Source: Eledone cirrhosa
Taxonomy: Eukaryota
NCBI GenBank assembly: GCA_964016885.1
Contig: OZ024743.1
Coordinates: 308,326,001 to 308,390,000 of the forward strand
Reading direction: 5' to 3'
DNA length: 64,000 nucleotides
The translations under genes were made by a program, and so were the position numbers. A model generated the notes under the pieces. The model searched no databases and was not told the origin of the DNA. It saw only the letters and a list, made by a program, of their open reading frames with translations. How positions within the stretch are numbered: position 1 is the stretch's first letter; each line of letters opens with the position of its first letter. This document shows positions 24,301 through 36,535 of the stretch, in pieces.

Positions 24301-26830
24301 GGTGTGAAACATTTTCTTCCGTTTCCTTTTTTTTTTGTCTGTGTGCTTACCACCCAATCTGACATTAAAGGTGTTGTAATTGACTATTTTTTTTCCACTT
24401 ATCAATAATTATGACATGGAAACCTGTCGATAATTACTATCTTTGTAGAAACTTCACCAAACGACACCATACTACATCACACCAAGATATTGATTTTGGT
24501 GTGACAAATTTTCATCTGGCATATTTTTTTTTTTTTTTAATTCTTTTTCGTGCTTACCACCCAATTTGACATAAAAGGTGCTCGCAAATTACTATTTTAT
24601 GCACATATTATCAATGGTTATGACATGGAAACCTGATGAAAATGACTAGCTTTGTAGAAAAAAGAGGGAGGATGTGGGTGGAAATACCATTTACAAAGCT
24701 AGTCATTTTTTATTGCAGCGGAAGTCATATTTTTTGTTAATATGCTAAAAGCATAGTCCACTGCGAGCATCTTGGAAGTTGATAACACATGCAAAAATGA
24801 AGGAAAAATTTTTTTTCTAACATAAATCAAAGTGGAAATTTAAATCCTCACTTATAAGAAAGCACACCACAGCACATTAATCTACCCCAATCCACACCAT
24901 AAATTCACCATAACCATACTTCACTATATGGTAAATTTATTACAGAACACCTACTCTTAACATTTACATCACACCATGGTATGGAGATCAATGTGACAAA
25001 TTTGCTACCTGCTTCTTATTTTTTTTTGTGGTTACCACCTCAAACTAACATCATAGGTGCTTGCAAATGACTATTTTCCCACACATTATCAATGAATATG
25101 ACATGGGAATCTATCGTTTACAATTGGTTTCCATTTCATAACTTAACCAAACCAAACCACACCATACCAAGTTACACCATACTACATCGCACCAAGCTAT
25201 TGATCTTGGTGTGAAACATTTTCTTCCCGTTTCCTTTATTTTTTTTTTTTTTGAGCTTACCACCCAATTTGACATAAAAGGTGCTCGCAAATTACTATTT
25301 TATGCACATATTATCAATGGTTATGACATGGAAACCTGATGAAAATGACTAGCTTTGTAGAAAAAAGAGGGAGGATGTGGGTGGAAATACCATTTACAAA
25401 GCTAGTCATTTTTTATTGTAGTGGAAGTCATATTTTTTGTTAATATGCTAAAAGCATAGTCCACTGCGAGCATCTTGGAAGTTGATAACACATGCAAAAA
25501 TGAAGGAAAAATTTTTTTTCTAACATTAATCAAAGTGGAAATTTAAATCCTCACTTATAAGAAAGCACACCACAGCACATTAATCTATCCCAATCCACAC
25601 CATAAATTCACCATAACCATACTTCACTATATGGTAAATTTATTACGGAACACCTACTCTTAACATTTACATCACACCATGGTATGGAGATCAATGTGAC
25701 AAATTTGCTACCTGCTTCTTATTTTTTTTTGTGGTTACCACCTCAAACTAACATCATAGGTGCTTGCAAATGACTATTTTCCCACACATTATCAATGAAT
25801 ATGACATGGGAATCTATCGTTTACAATTGGTTTCCATTTCATAACTTCACCAAACCAAACCACACCATACCAAGTTACACCATACTACATCGCACCAAGC
25901 TATTGATCTTGGTGTGAAACATTTTCTTCCCGTTTCCTTTTTTTTTGTCTGTGTGCTTACCACCCAATCTGACATTAAAGGTGCTCCCAATTCACTATTT
26001 TTTTCCACTTATCAATAATCATGACATGGAAACCTGTCGAAAATTACTATCTTTGTAGAAACTTCACCAAACCACACCATACTACATCACACCAAGATAT
26101 TGATTTTGGTGTGACAAATTTTCATCTGGCATATTTCTTTTTTTTTTTTTTCTTTTTCGTGCTTACCACCCAATTTGACATAAAAGGTGCTCGCAAATTA
26201 CTATTTTATGCACATATTATCAATGGTTATGACATGGAAACCTGATGAAAATGACTAGCTTTGTAGAAAAAAGAGGGAGGATGTGGGTAGAAATACCATT
26301 TACAAAGCTAGTCATTTTTTATTGCAGCAGAAGTCATATTTTTTGTTAATATGCTAAAAGCATAGTCCACTGCGAGCATCTTGGAAGTTGATAGCACATG
26401 CAAAAATGAAGGAAACATTTTTTTTCTAACAAATCAAAGGGGAAATTTAAATCCTCACTTATAACAAAACACACCACAGCACATTAATCTACCCCAATCC
26501 ACACCATATACTTCACCATAACCATACTTCACCATATGGTAAATTTATTACAGAACACCTACTCCTACCATTTACATCACACCAATGCTCGTAGTTGACT
26601 ATTTTTTTCACATATTAGGAATGAATATAACTTTGAAACCTATCGTCAATGATTAGCTTTGTAGAAAAATGAAGGCAGAAAGTGGGTGGAAAAACTATTC
26701 ACAAAGCTAGTCATTTTTAATTGCAGTGGAAATCATATTTGTTGTTAATATGCTAAAAAAAAAAAAGTCAATTGCAAGCATTTTGGAGGTCGGATTAGTT
26801 GATTGGACATAAAAAAAACAAAGGAAAACA
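15340..26830. repeat. Satellite array of ~900-bp and ~710-bp monomers with higher-order structure, built from diverged ~190-200-bp subrepeats plus a ~240-bp palindrome
   Basis: Marker aaaatgactagctttgtag at 16911, 17817, 18712, 19422, 20325, 21035, 21940, 22837, 23742, 24639, 25342, 26248; diverged edge copies near 15586, 16505 and 26650. Confidence 0.97.
15698..16024 (+). mobile_element. tRNA-derived CORE-type SINE with RTE-derived tail, inserted in the satellite edge
   Basis: A box tggcttagtgg, B box gagttcaattc, CORE-like ccttgagcaagacacttt..cagtttactcagctgtagaaatgag; TSD atggtaa at 15690-15696 and 16025-16031. Confidence 0.9.
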
Positions 26831-26844
26831 AATATTGTCTATAT

Positions 26845-26945
26845 GTTCCTGTGGAAAGTCGGGGCTTCTGTATTACTGTGTGACGCCAGAGGTCATGGTC
26901 ATGTGTCATTGCCCTTGAGAGGTGCAATTGGGAAAGGTCGGCTTA
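26845..26945 (-). mobile_element. RTE LINE C-terminal fragment
   Basis: LHLSRAMTHDHDLWRHTVIQKPRL matches the RTE C-terminus at 60021-60110. Confidence 0.7.
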
Positions 26946-26966
26946 GAAATATTTACTTCTGCGTTC

Positions 26967-27055
26967 ACAGATTGATTTTTTTTTTTTTTTTTTTAGTCTC
27001 AGAAGATCCCATTAAGGGTGAAAACAGCCGATTCTTTGCTTAAACTTTAATCTGT
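26967..27055 (+). ncRNA. Type I HHR, CAGAAGA-core family copy
   Basis: acagattga..agtct-CAGAAGA-tccc(attaa)gggt-GAAA-aca..tgc-TT-aaact.ttaatctgt. Confidence 0.55.
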
Positions 27056-27346
27056 TATTTTAATAAATATTTGCTCTACGGTTCTTATATAATTGATATA
27101 TATTTATCCCTATCGAGTCCTCTTTGGATGTTAGTCTTCAAATTTATTATTATTACTATTTGGCTCCCTTGACTGAGTACTGTATTGACTTATATTCATA
27201 ATGCAGAAACATCTGAATATTTCTACAAAGAACATACCCGTACCAAGCAGGAAGAAATACCTAAAACTACGTCTCCACGAACCAAAGTATCGCCTTCCTG
27301 TCTTCCTTCGGTTGCAACGTTTTTCGAAATATTTACTTCTGCGTTC

Positions 27347-27429
27347 ACAGATTGATTTTTTTTTTTTTAGTTTCAGAAGATCCCATTAAGGGTGAAAGCA
27401 GCCGATTCTTTGCTTAAACTTTAATCTGT
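27347..27429 (+). ncRNA. Type I HHR, CAGAAGA-core family copy
   Basis: acagattga(T)n agttt-CAGAAGA-tccc(attaa)gggt-GAAA-gca..tgc-TT-aaact ttaatctgt. Confidence 0.65.
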
Positions 27430-27524
27430 TATTTTAATAAATATTTGCTCTACGGTTCTTATATAATTGATATATATTTATCCCTATCGAGCCCTCTTTG
27501 GATTTTAGTCTTCATATGTATTAT

Positions 27525-27596
<72 letters not shown>

Positions 27597-27598
<2 letters not shown>

Positions 27599-29058
27599 GA
27601 TGCTCTGGAGAGGAGCAATTATAGGGGTATAAAACTGATGGATCAGGTTATGAAAGTGGCAGAAAGGATATTAGCACAACTAATTAGAGAAAGGGTCAAA
27701 CTAGATGAGATGCAGTTTGGTTTTGTGCCTGGGAAAAGTACAACAGATGCCCTCTTCTTGGTGAGACAATTACAAGAGAGGTTCTTAGAGAAGAATAAGC
27801 CACTAGACTTAGCCTTTGTTGACCTAGAGAAGGACTTTGATAGGGTACCCCGATCTGTCATCTGGTGGTCCCTAAGGAAGCTAGGTGTTGAATGGCTTGT
27901 AAGGGCAGTGCAAACTTTGTACAGAAGTACTCTCAGTAAAGTCAGGGTAGGAATGGAGTTTAGTGAGGAATTCCAGATACAAGTAGGAGTACATCAGGGT
28001 TCGGTCCTCAGCCCGCTCTTGTTCATTATAGTCCTCCAAGCCATAACAGAGGAGTTTAAGACTGGCTGTCCATGGGAACTTCTCTATGCTGACGATCTGG
28101 TTCTTATAGCAGAATCAGTAGAGTAGCTAGAGAATAAATTCTGGCTATGGAAACAGCAGTTGGAAGCAAAAGGACTGAGAGTGAACCTAGCTAAGACAAA
28201 AGTGTTGATGAGTAGAAAAGAGGACAAAACCCTGATTCCGTCAGGTAAATGGCCATGTTCGATATGCAGAAAAGGAACTGGCATAAATTCTATAAAATGC
28301 ACACAATGCAGATCCTGGGTACACAAGAGATGTAGCGGGATAGCAGGCAAACTAACAGGTAGGGAGAAATATGTATGCAGTAGATGTACAGGGAAATTAG
28401 ACGGTAGAAGTCGCATTGATAGACACATTTTTCAGATGCAGGAGGGCGCTATAGAAGTGGTGGATAGCTTCCGTTACCTAGGAGATCAGATTAGCATGGG
28501 AGGAGGGTGTTCCGAGGCCATAGTATCTAGAATAAGGACGGGTTGGAAGAAGTTTAGGGAGCTGCTTCCTCTGTTGACGAAGAAGGTTTCTCCCTGCGTA
28601 CGAAAGGCCGGTTGTATGATGCCTGTGTGAGGAGTGCGATGCTGCATGGTAGTGAGACATGGGCAGCAACTGCAGAGGATATGCGACGGCTGGAGAGAAA
28701 TAGGGCAAGCATGCTCCTTTGGATGTGTAGTGTAAATGTGCGCGAACGACCCAGCATAAATGTGTTGAGAGAGAATGTAGTGTACGGGAGAGGAGACTGA
28801 GGTGATATGGACATGTGATGCGCATGGAGGATGACCAATGGGTGAAGAAGTGCCAGGAAATGCCAGTTGAAGGAAAACGTGGTAGAGGTAGACCACGAAA
28901 AACATGGGCGGAGGTGGTGAGAACAGACCTCAGATCATTGAAGCTCACGGTGGAGATGACGAAAGACCGTAACGAGTGGAGAGATGCTGTGCTGAATAAG
29001 ACCCGTCCCACCCTTGCAAGCAGGGAAAAGCGGACGTAAAATGATGATGATGATGATG
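27597..29058 (+). mobile_element. 5'-truncated RTE-clade LINE with a PHD-like finger inside the RT region (pseudogene)
   Basis: QFGFVPGKST, AFVDLEK.FDRV, GVHQGSVLSP, YADD, CSIC..CTQC..H..C..CSRC, FRYLG, RGRGRPRKTW; stop at 28124-28126 and frameshifts; (gat)n tail. Confidence 0.95.
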
Positions 29059-29127
29059 ATATATATATGTGTGTGTGTATATATTAGTTTATATATATGT
29101 GTGTATATATATATATATATACATATT

Positions 29128-29492
29128 GAGAGCATTGGCCTTGCAATCGAAAAGTTGTGAGTTCAATTCTCACACCGGGTGATGTGTTGTTTCCTTGAGC
29201 AAGACACTTAATTTCACATTGCTCCAGTTTACTCAGCTGTAGAAATGAGATGATAGGACTGGGGTCCCACTCATTCCACTGCAAAGTGGTCGTGGAGGTG
29301 CCACGGCAAAAAAGCACCCAGCCCACACTGTAAAGTGGATGTGGAGGTGCCACGGGAAAAAAGCACCCAGCACTCACTGTAAATGAGGTTGGTGTTAGGA
29401 AGGGTATCCAGCTGTAGAAATCAAGCCAGAATCGGTTCCCGTCCCACCCTTGCAAGCAGGGAAAAAGTGGACGTAAAATGAAATGATGATGA
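29128..29492 (+). mobile_element. CORE-type SINE (5'-clipped)
   Basis: Same family as 15698-16024. Confidence 0.9.
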
Positions 29493-29496
29493 ATGT

Positions 29497-29822
29497 TCCC
29501 AGATGTGGTCACCCCATAGTATCAAACTAACCATGGAGCTTGAAGCAATCCAATGAAGCTACACCAAGAAGGTTGCCACGAAGGAGATAAACTACTGGGA
29601 GAGTCTAAAAGAACTGAAACTCTACTCCTCGGAATGAAGACAGGAGAGATATACAATGATATACATATGGAAAATCCTGCGGGGACTAAGACCAAACTTT
29701 CGCATTGAGAGCTGGACCAATTCTCGAACAGGACGTCACTGTGGTACCAAAGGTCCCGTCTTCCACATCTAGAATCAGGAGCAGCTATTGCAATAGCCTG
29801 GGTTTCAAAGGCCCTCAACTTG
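29497..29822 (+). mobile_element. CR1-clade LINE C-terminal fragment
   Basis: WSPHSIKLTMELEAIQ..YWESLKELKLYS; homologous to 32848-33375 (-). Confidence 0.8.
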
Positions 29823-29894
29823 GATTTCAAAATTTTAATTTGTGTTTCCTATTCATCAATGCTTCAAGCAAGCTATAAAACTCTGTTATATTTC

Positions 29895-31265
29895 ATCATC
29901 ATCATTTTATGTCAGTTCTTCTACGCTAGCATGGGTTGTCCTGTGGTGGGCAGTGTCCGGTCGGCTGACCTTGTCTTGCTCATACGGGAATTGATTCTAT
30001 CTTGATTTCTACAGCTGGATGCCCTTCCTAACACCAACCTCATTTACAGTGAGTGCTGGGTGTTTTTGTTTTTTTGCCGTGGCACCTCCACGACCACTTT
30101 GCAGTGGAATGATAGGGACCTCAGTCCCTATCATCTCATTTCTACAGCTGAGTAAACTGGAGCAATGTGTAATAAAGTGTCTTGCTCAAGGAAACAACAC
30201 ATCACCCGGTGTGAGAATTAAACTCACAACCTTTCAATTGCAAGCCCAATGCTCTAACCACTGAGCCATGTGCCTTCTATTGTTGGCAATGTTAGGTCAG
30301 GTGACCATGTCTTGTTCATAAAGAACTGATTTTGGCTTGGTTTCTACAGCTGGATGCCCTTCCTAATGCCAAGCTCATTTACAGTGAGTACTGGGTGTTT
30401 TTTGTTGTGATTCCTCCACGACTACTTTACAGTGTTGACTGGGTGTTTTTTACCGTGTCACCATCATGACCACTTTACAGTGTTTCGGCCTGTTCTCATG
30501 AAAGATATATTGGCGGGTGGGATGGAGTGGTGCATACTGTATGTATGTTTCAGCCCTGGCCTGGGCCCGTGGGAAGTTGGGGTTTCTGTATTACCTCATA
30601 ACGCCAGAGATCTTGGTCCTGTGTCATTGCCTTTCAGAGGTGCAATTGGGCAAGATCGGCTTTTATCACTTCATCTCAAGTCTTTCTGAGACTTTATGTA
30701 GCTGTCATCCTTCATACGAATCACATGTCCATACCAACATAATCTCCTCTCCTGCACACAACATTTGATTCTTCTTATGCCTAGTTTCTCTTTCAGTTTG
30801 TTTATGCTTTGCTGTTCGCGTATATTACTATTACACCTCCATCGGAGCATACAAGCTTCATTCCTTTCTAATCTACGCACGTCTTCTACACACAGCGCCC
30901 AGCTCTCACTACCATGCAACATTGCCATTCATATGCACACATCATACAGTCTACCTTTTATTCTGAGGGAAAAGCCTTTTGTATCCAGCTGTGGCAGTAG
31001 CTCCCTCAACTTCTTCCATCCCGTTCTTTCAGAACCCCCCCCCTCCGCTGCTAATTCGGTATTGTTTTTACCAAGTCCTCCCAGACTTTGATGTCACTTG
31101 TTTTCAGTGATTGTTTGCTGCTTACTGTGCTGGTGCAACTGCTACATGTAAAGCCTACATTCTTAACTAAACTTCATGAGATCCCACTACATCTCTTGTG
31201 TACCCATAGTTTGCATATGGGGCAGAGGATGGAGTTTCTACCTACACCTCTCCTACATAATGAGC
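29895..31265 (-). mobile_element. RTE LINE relic (PHD-type) with long 3' UTR and a nested SINE
   Basis: ORF 30671-30928 AMLHGSESWAL..ERRLCWYGHVIRM; (cat)n tail near 29895. Confidence 0.85.
29986..30277 (-). mobile_element. CORE-type SINE
   Basis: Reverse complement of the 15698-16024 family. Confidence 0.9.
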
Positions 31266-31296
31266 ACACCCACACACTCACATATATATATATATA

Positions 31297-32286
31297 CTAG
31301 CCGAATTACCCGTGCCTTGCTGCGTTTCACTCATTTTTTTTGTAAGAAAATGATGATTGATTTTAAATCAGTGATATAATTTATGGAGAAAAACTCAATA
31401 TTACTCAATGTAAAATATAATGCATGAAAAATTGGAAAACATCATTTTTTTGTAATATATCAAATCAAAATAGCATTATTAAATCTTATTCTTATTTTGT
31501 TTCTTGTAAATAATTTTTTTCAAAATATCAATTGAAAACTTTTGTGAATAGGCATCATATCTTGTCATTTACCTATGGTTTAAGTTTCATATAAATCGAA
31601 AGGGAAAAGTTTTCAGCAGGGGTTTGTACCCCCGGGAACCCTAATAGGGGGTTTAACCACCATTAAGGTTTCTTATAGTATTGAAATTTTGTGAATAGGG
31701 ATCATATCTCTTCATTTATCTATGGTTTAAATTGCATATAAATCGAACCGAAAACATTTTCAGCGGCGATTTTGTGCCCCCTGGTGAACCCTAATAGGGG
31801 GTTTAAGCCCCATTAGGGTATTGTAATTTTATTGAAATTTGCTGAAATGATATGAATAGGCATCATATCTTGTCATTTACCTATGGTTTAAATTGCATAT
31901 AAATCGAAGGGAAAACATTTTCAGCAGGGGGTTTGTGCCACCGGTGAACCCTAATAGGGGGTTTAACCCCCATTAGGGTATTTTAAATTTATTGAAATTT
32001 GCTGAAATTTTGTGAATAGGCATCATATCTTGTCATTTACCTATGGTTTAAATTTCATATAAATCGAAGGTAAAGTTTCAGCAGCAGTTTTGTGCCCCCG
32101 ATGAACCCTTTGATTAAAATGAAATATTCTTATACAAATACCCTGGGCAATGTAGTTTCAGAATATATATGGTTATGGGGGTCTATCTCCAAAACCATAG
32201 GAGGAGTTAGTAAAATCTCGTTCCATTTATTGGCCAAACTTTTCACTATAACCCCCATTAGGGTGTCTTAATATTATTGAAATTTG
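31297..32286 (-). mobile_element. Non-autonomous Helitron-like element with internal ~150-160-bp tandem repeats
   Basis: 3' GC-rich hairpin plus CTAG at 31297-31330; inverted homolog of 47256-48013; subrepeats at 31546, 31694, 31854, 32014. Confidence 0.8.
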
Positions 32287-32703
32287 CACACACACACATA
32301 TATATATATATATAGACAAACACACACACACATATATATATATATACACAAACACACACACATATATATAAATGTATACACAAACACACACCTATATATA
32401 TATATACACAAACACACACACATATATATAAATGTATACACAAACACACACACATATATATATACACAAACACACACACACACATATATATATATACACA
32501 AACACACACACACATATTTATATCTTTTAGCAGAGCATTTTAATATTGCCACTCAATGAAAACCCTTTGTTTGTTTGGAATAAATGAATCTTGAAAATTA
32601 GGAGTGCCTGTCAGTGTGTATGTGTTTATCTACTTAGCATCAATTTACTACCCTCCCCTACCACCAGAAAATGTATAAATACCACCATATTACATTGACA
32701 GTC

Positions 32704-32755
32704 GGCTTTTCTGATGATTTCCTCCGAATGAAACAGTTCTAGTCCTGTTGAAGCC
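32704..32755 (+). ncRNA. Complete type I hammerhead ribozyme in a solo pLTR-like fragment (~32560-32770)
   Basis: ggctttt-CTGATGA-t.ttc(ctcc)gaa.t-GAAA-cag(ttctagtc)ctg-TT-gaagcc; TATAAATA ~30 nt upstream. Confidence 0.8.
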
Positions 32756-32782
32756 ATTTCTATATTAAATATATATATATAC

Positions 32783-33375
32783 TCTTTTAGCTGTTCCAGC
32801 CATCCGACTGAGACCATGATTGGGCACTGCCCTTGTTGCTACACATTCTATCTCCAGCCTGTGTTGGCTGGCCATTGATGTAAGAGGGAGTTCGTTGCTG
32901 CTGCCCTTAGGTTACCTTCGTACCGTGATGTGGGCTCATCCGGGATCCTGGATAACAGGGTGTTGAGAAGTTTCTTGAAAATATCCACGGCCACACCATG
33001 TAGATCTCTCAAATCCCTCGGCAGTTTGTTGAAGAGTTGAGGGCCTTTGAACCCCAGTCTATTGCAATATCTGCTTCTTGTTCTAGATGCGGAAGACGGG
33101 ACCTTTGTCACCACACAGTGACGTCCTGTTCGGGGGTTGGTCCCGCTTTCAATACCAAAGTTTGGCGCTAGTCCCTCCAGGATTTTCCATATGTATATCA
33201 CTGCGTATCTCTCCCGTCTTCGTTCCAAGGAGTAGAGTTTCAGTTCTTTTAGCCTCTCCCAGTAGCTCATCTCCTTCATTGTGCAATCCTCTTGGTGTAG
33301 CTTCGTTGGATTGTCTCAAGTTCCATGGTTAATTTGATACTATGGGGTGACCACAGCTGGGAGCAATAGTCCAGG
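32783..33375 (-). mobile_element. CR1-clade LINE 3' fragment
   Basis: ORF 32848-33279 SYWERLKELKLYSLERRRERY..GPQLFNKLP. Confidence 0.9.
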
Positions 33376-33649
33376 CGGCTTAGGACAAATGGCCTTCATA
33401 GTATCAACATGGTCTCCTGGTCTCTTATATAGAAAACCTCAAATAAAAAGTCAAGATTTGTTTCGATTTAACAGAGCAGAAAGAATTTGCGTCAGAATAT
33501 TCCAACCAATCCAGCCTATATCAGCTGAATAAATATGTATATGGAGATATATACACACCCACATGCACATATATATATATATATATACACACATGCACGC
33601 ACGCACACACTCAAACACACACACACATACACGCATGCATGCATACATG

Positions 33650-34275
33650 ATGGCTGCCCCCTCGTTATCGAGTATGGCCATTGCACGATATACCATTATT
33701 AATAATTATTAATTAATTCTATCGTGCAATGCCTGTGCATGAAGATATTTTTTTAAATGAGGAAAGACTGTGCACTGAGCCAATACCACTCTCTGAGCGA
33801 CAGTAGCTATAACCCGAAAAGAAGAAAATATCAACATCATCGGTAACTACTGAGCCGCAGGTTTTATATCGGAGTTATCCCAGTTTCCTGAGTTGCCTTC
33901 TCCTAGAAGAATGCCCTGACAAAGGCTAGGGGTCCTTCACTCCCAGTGGTTTAACCGCGCGATCGGGTGTCCAGCCCAATTATTTCTATGTCCCCGTGCA
34001 TGTACATACATATGCACCCATGTATATACACATATACATATACATACATATGTACATGTGTATATACATATTTACACTCTTTTGGATGGCCGTTGACTTT
34101 TAAGAGTTCTTCCGCCCTTTGTCAGGTTTTGTTTTTTGTCCTGCAGGGTGTCCAAAATCACCCTCCTCACCAAGTAAACTTGGTGGGGTTGCTGGTTTAG
34201 TCGCCGACGACCCAACCATGCGGCAGGTTGTACTCGGTTACATGTTACCAATAGCACTCAAGAGTGACCCGACAT
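33650..34275 (-). mobile_element. Non-autonomous RTE-related repeat; second copy at ~35910-36515
   Basis: 34080-34272 matches 36322-36512; the terminal motif tggctgcc..ctcgtt.tcgagta recurs at 33650, 34304 and 35911. Confidence 0.65.
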
Positions 34276-34303
34276 ACATACATACATACATACATACTAC
34301 ATG

Positions 34304-35880
34304 ATGGCTGCAAACTCGTGTTCAAGTATTGCCATCACCCGATAAAATGTTCAAAAATGTGAAGCACAAATGTGACTCTTTAAACCAGCCAAATACTTGC
34401 ACGCTCTGGCACACACATGGCAACTTTAGGCTCCCCCGAAACCTTCTATTGCTTTGTTCTGGCTGAATGTTCACATGTATCTTTTAAGACCTCCCATGCT
34501 TGTACATTTCTTACACCTTTTCAGATCATAATCTACATGTGGTCTACTGATATGACTTTGTTCATGTCTAATCAAACCAGCTTTGCTCAGGCTGACTCGA
34601 CCACAGTGCTGGCAAACCAGATGATGTTCAACAGCAGGCAGTTCAGAACAGTCTCAATCCTCACCTTCCTTTTCAGTGTTAAGTGTTCTCTCCGACGAGT
34701 TTCAAAGTGTTCACCACCTGACTTGATCAAACGTCTCCACTTCACACGCTCGTCAGCCATTTTCTCCCATTCGTCAGATGAAATTCCAGCACAAGCCAAG
34801 GTGCCCCTGATACAGTCCCGGTACCGCCTTTTTGGTTTATGTGGTGGTCGCCTTCCTTCACACAGTTCTCCATAGAGAAGTTGCTTTGGAATACGATCAT
34901 CAGACATCCGGACCACATGACTGTACCACCTCAACCGATACCGAAAGATTATGCTCTCTATAGTCACGCACCTACTCCGTTCTAGAACTTCCAAATCACT
35001 GGCGAGCATTTTCCACCACACCCTAAGTAACTTATGAAGAGATTGTTGGTGAAATCTCTCCAGATCCTTGAGGTGCTTTCTGCATGTGACCCACGTGTCA
35101 CAAACATAAAGTAAAGAGGAGACGACACAAGTCAGATGCACTTTCACCCTGGTTTCGATAGTGATACCTCGTCTGGACCATAAACGTTGATGCAGCTGTC
35201 CAAAAGCATCACTGGCTTTCTTGATTCTTAAGGATATTTCATTATCATGTGTGCATGAAGTGTTCAACGTACTACCAAGGTAAACAAACTTGTCAGCAAC
35301 TTTTAGCCTCTTTCCATACACGTACACACTTGGTACAGTGTACTCGTTTCCATCTCATATCCATCTCGTATCCATCTCATATGCTTCACTGGTTCAATAG
35401 GAATGGAACAAATGAAATCATCATCAACCTGGGATGGCTGGTTTAAGAGCTCATCAAAGTGATCTCGCTATCTGTCGAGTGTCTTTTGGGTTGCGCAGTA
35501 ATTGCTTGCCATCTTTCGATCTCAAAGGGGCCACTGGAGAGCTGAAAGGGCCATACACCTCTGTGAGTAGAAAGTGCGACAGTTTCACATTATTGCCGTC
35601 AGATGCCACTTGAACTTCATCTGCTTTGTTGCTCCACCAGGTATTTTGCATAGCCCTGAGTTTCACCTGCACTTCCTTCTTTACCTGTCTGTAACGCTCA
35701 TAATTGTCACCAACAGAGCTACCACCTTTAAGAACTGCATCAAGTGCCTTTTGTTTTCTGCCTAGCAGAGCCTTGACCTCCTGGTCATTCTCATCAAACC
35801 AGTCCTTGTTTTCTTGTGACAAAGCCAAGGACCTCTGCTGAAGCTTCATAGACCGAGCTCCTGAAGTCCTTCCAGTTGTT
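34304..35880 (-). mobile_element. RTE (BovB-like) LINE relic, internally deleted
   Basis: KFVYLGSTL..RIKKASDAFG..RLRWYSHVVRMSDDRIPKQLLYGEL and ENKDWFDEND..LRAMQNTWWS..PLRSKDG. Confidence 0.9.
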
Positions 35881-36535
35881 CTCATACACACATACATACT
35901 TACATATATAGTGGCTGCCAACTCGTTTTCGAGTACGGCCACTACTTTATATCCATTTAGGAGAACCTCTACCGATGCGCTGAACGAGTGTGACTTTTTA
36001 GTCCAGCCAGTGACTTGAAAACTCTGGTACAAACACTACTCCTGTGACAATTATTGACACATAGTGCTGGGCCCATGGTACCATGTGACGACAAGTGCAG
36101 AGAGATCTCCAGATATAAAGCAATGCCTGTGCCGTGAAGCTTTTATAGTGAGCAAAGGCATTGCACAAAGCCAGTCCCACTCTCTTAACCAAGATGATAT
36201 TTACCAAAAAGAACAAGTCAACATCATTGGATACCATCAGGGTTGCAGGTGTTATATCAGAGTTTTCCTTCTCCTAGAATTCTGCCTTGACAAAGGCTAA
36301 GGGGTCATCTTTCCCGGTGATTTTGGATGGCCATTGATTCTTAAGAGCTCCTTTGCCCTTTGACAGGTTTCGTTTTTAGTCGTGCAGGATGTCCAAAGTC
36401 ACCCTCCTCACCAAGAAACATTGGTGGGGTTGCCAGTTTAGTCGCCAACGACCCGCCCATGAGACAGGTTGTACTGGGATACATGTTACCAGTAGCATCA
36501 ACTGGTGACCTGACATATACTTACATATATACATG

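Larger units (their letters stand above)
26946..27525 (+). mobile_element. Internally deleted PLE: pLTR, ORF start, pLTR
   Basis: Direct repeats ~26946-27150 and ~27326-27525 flank MQKHLNISTKNIPVPSRKKYLK, resembling the S-x-KNIP-x-PS start of PLE ORFs; each repeat holds an HHR fold. Confidence 0.75.

Noticed and set aside
15340-26830. CRISPR-like array or repeated genes (74-aa and 63-aa ORFs)
   Set aside because: No unique spacers or cas genes; the ORFs run through poly-T tracts and are satellite by-products.
32258-32559. ORFs over (CA)n/(TA)n/(GA)n and CACCA microsatellites (also 438-1598, 7446-9322, 42248-42781, 44597-45323, 46848-48389, 60794-61118)
   Set aside because: Low-complexity translation artefacts.
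34180-34275. HDV-like ribozyme at the 5' end of the RTE-related repeat
   Set aside because: I could not build a consistent P1-P4 pseudoknot in both copies by eye.
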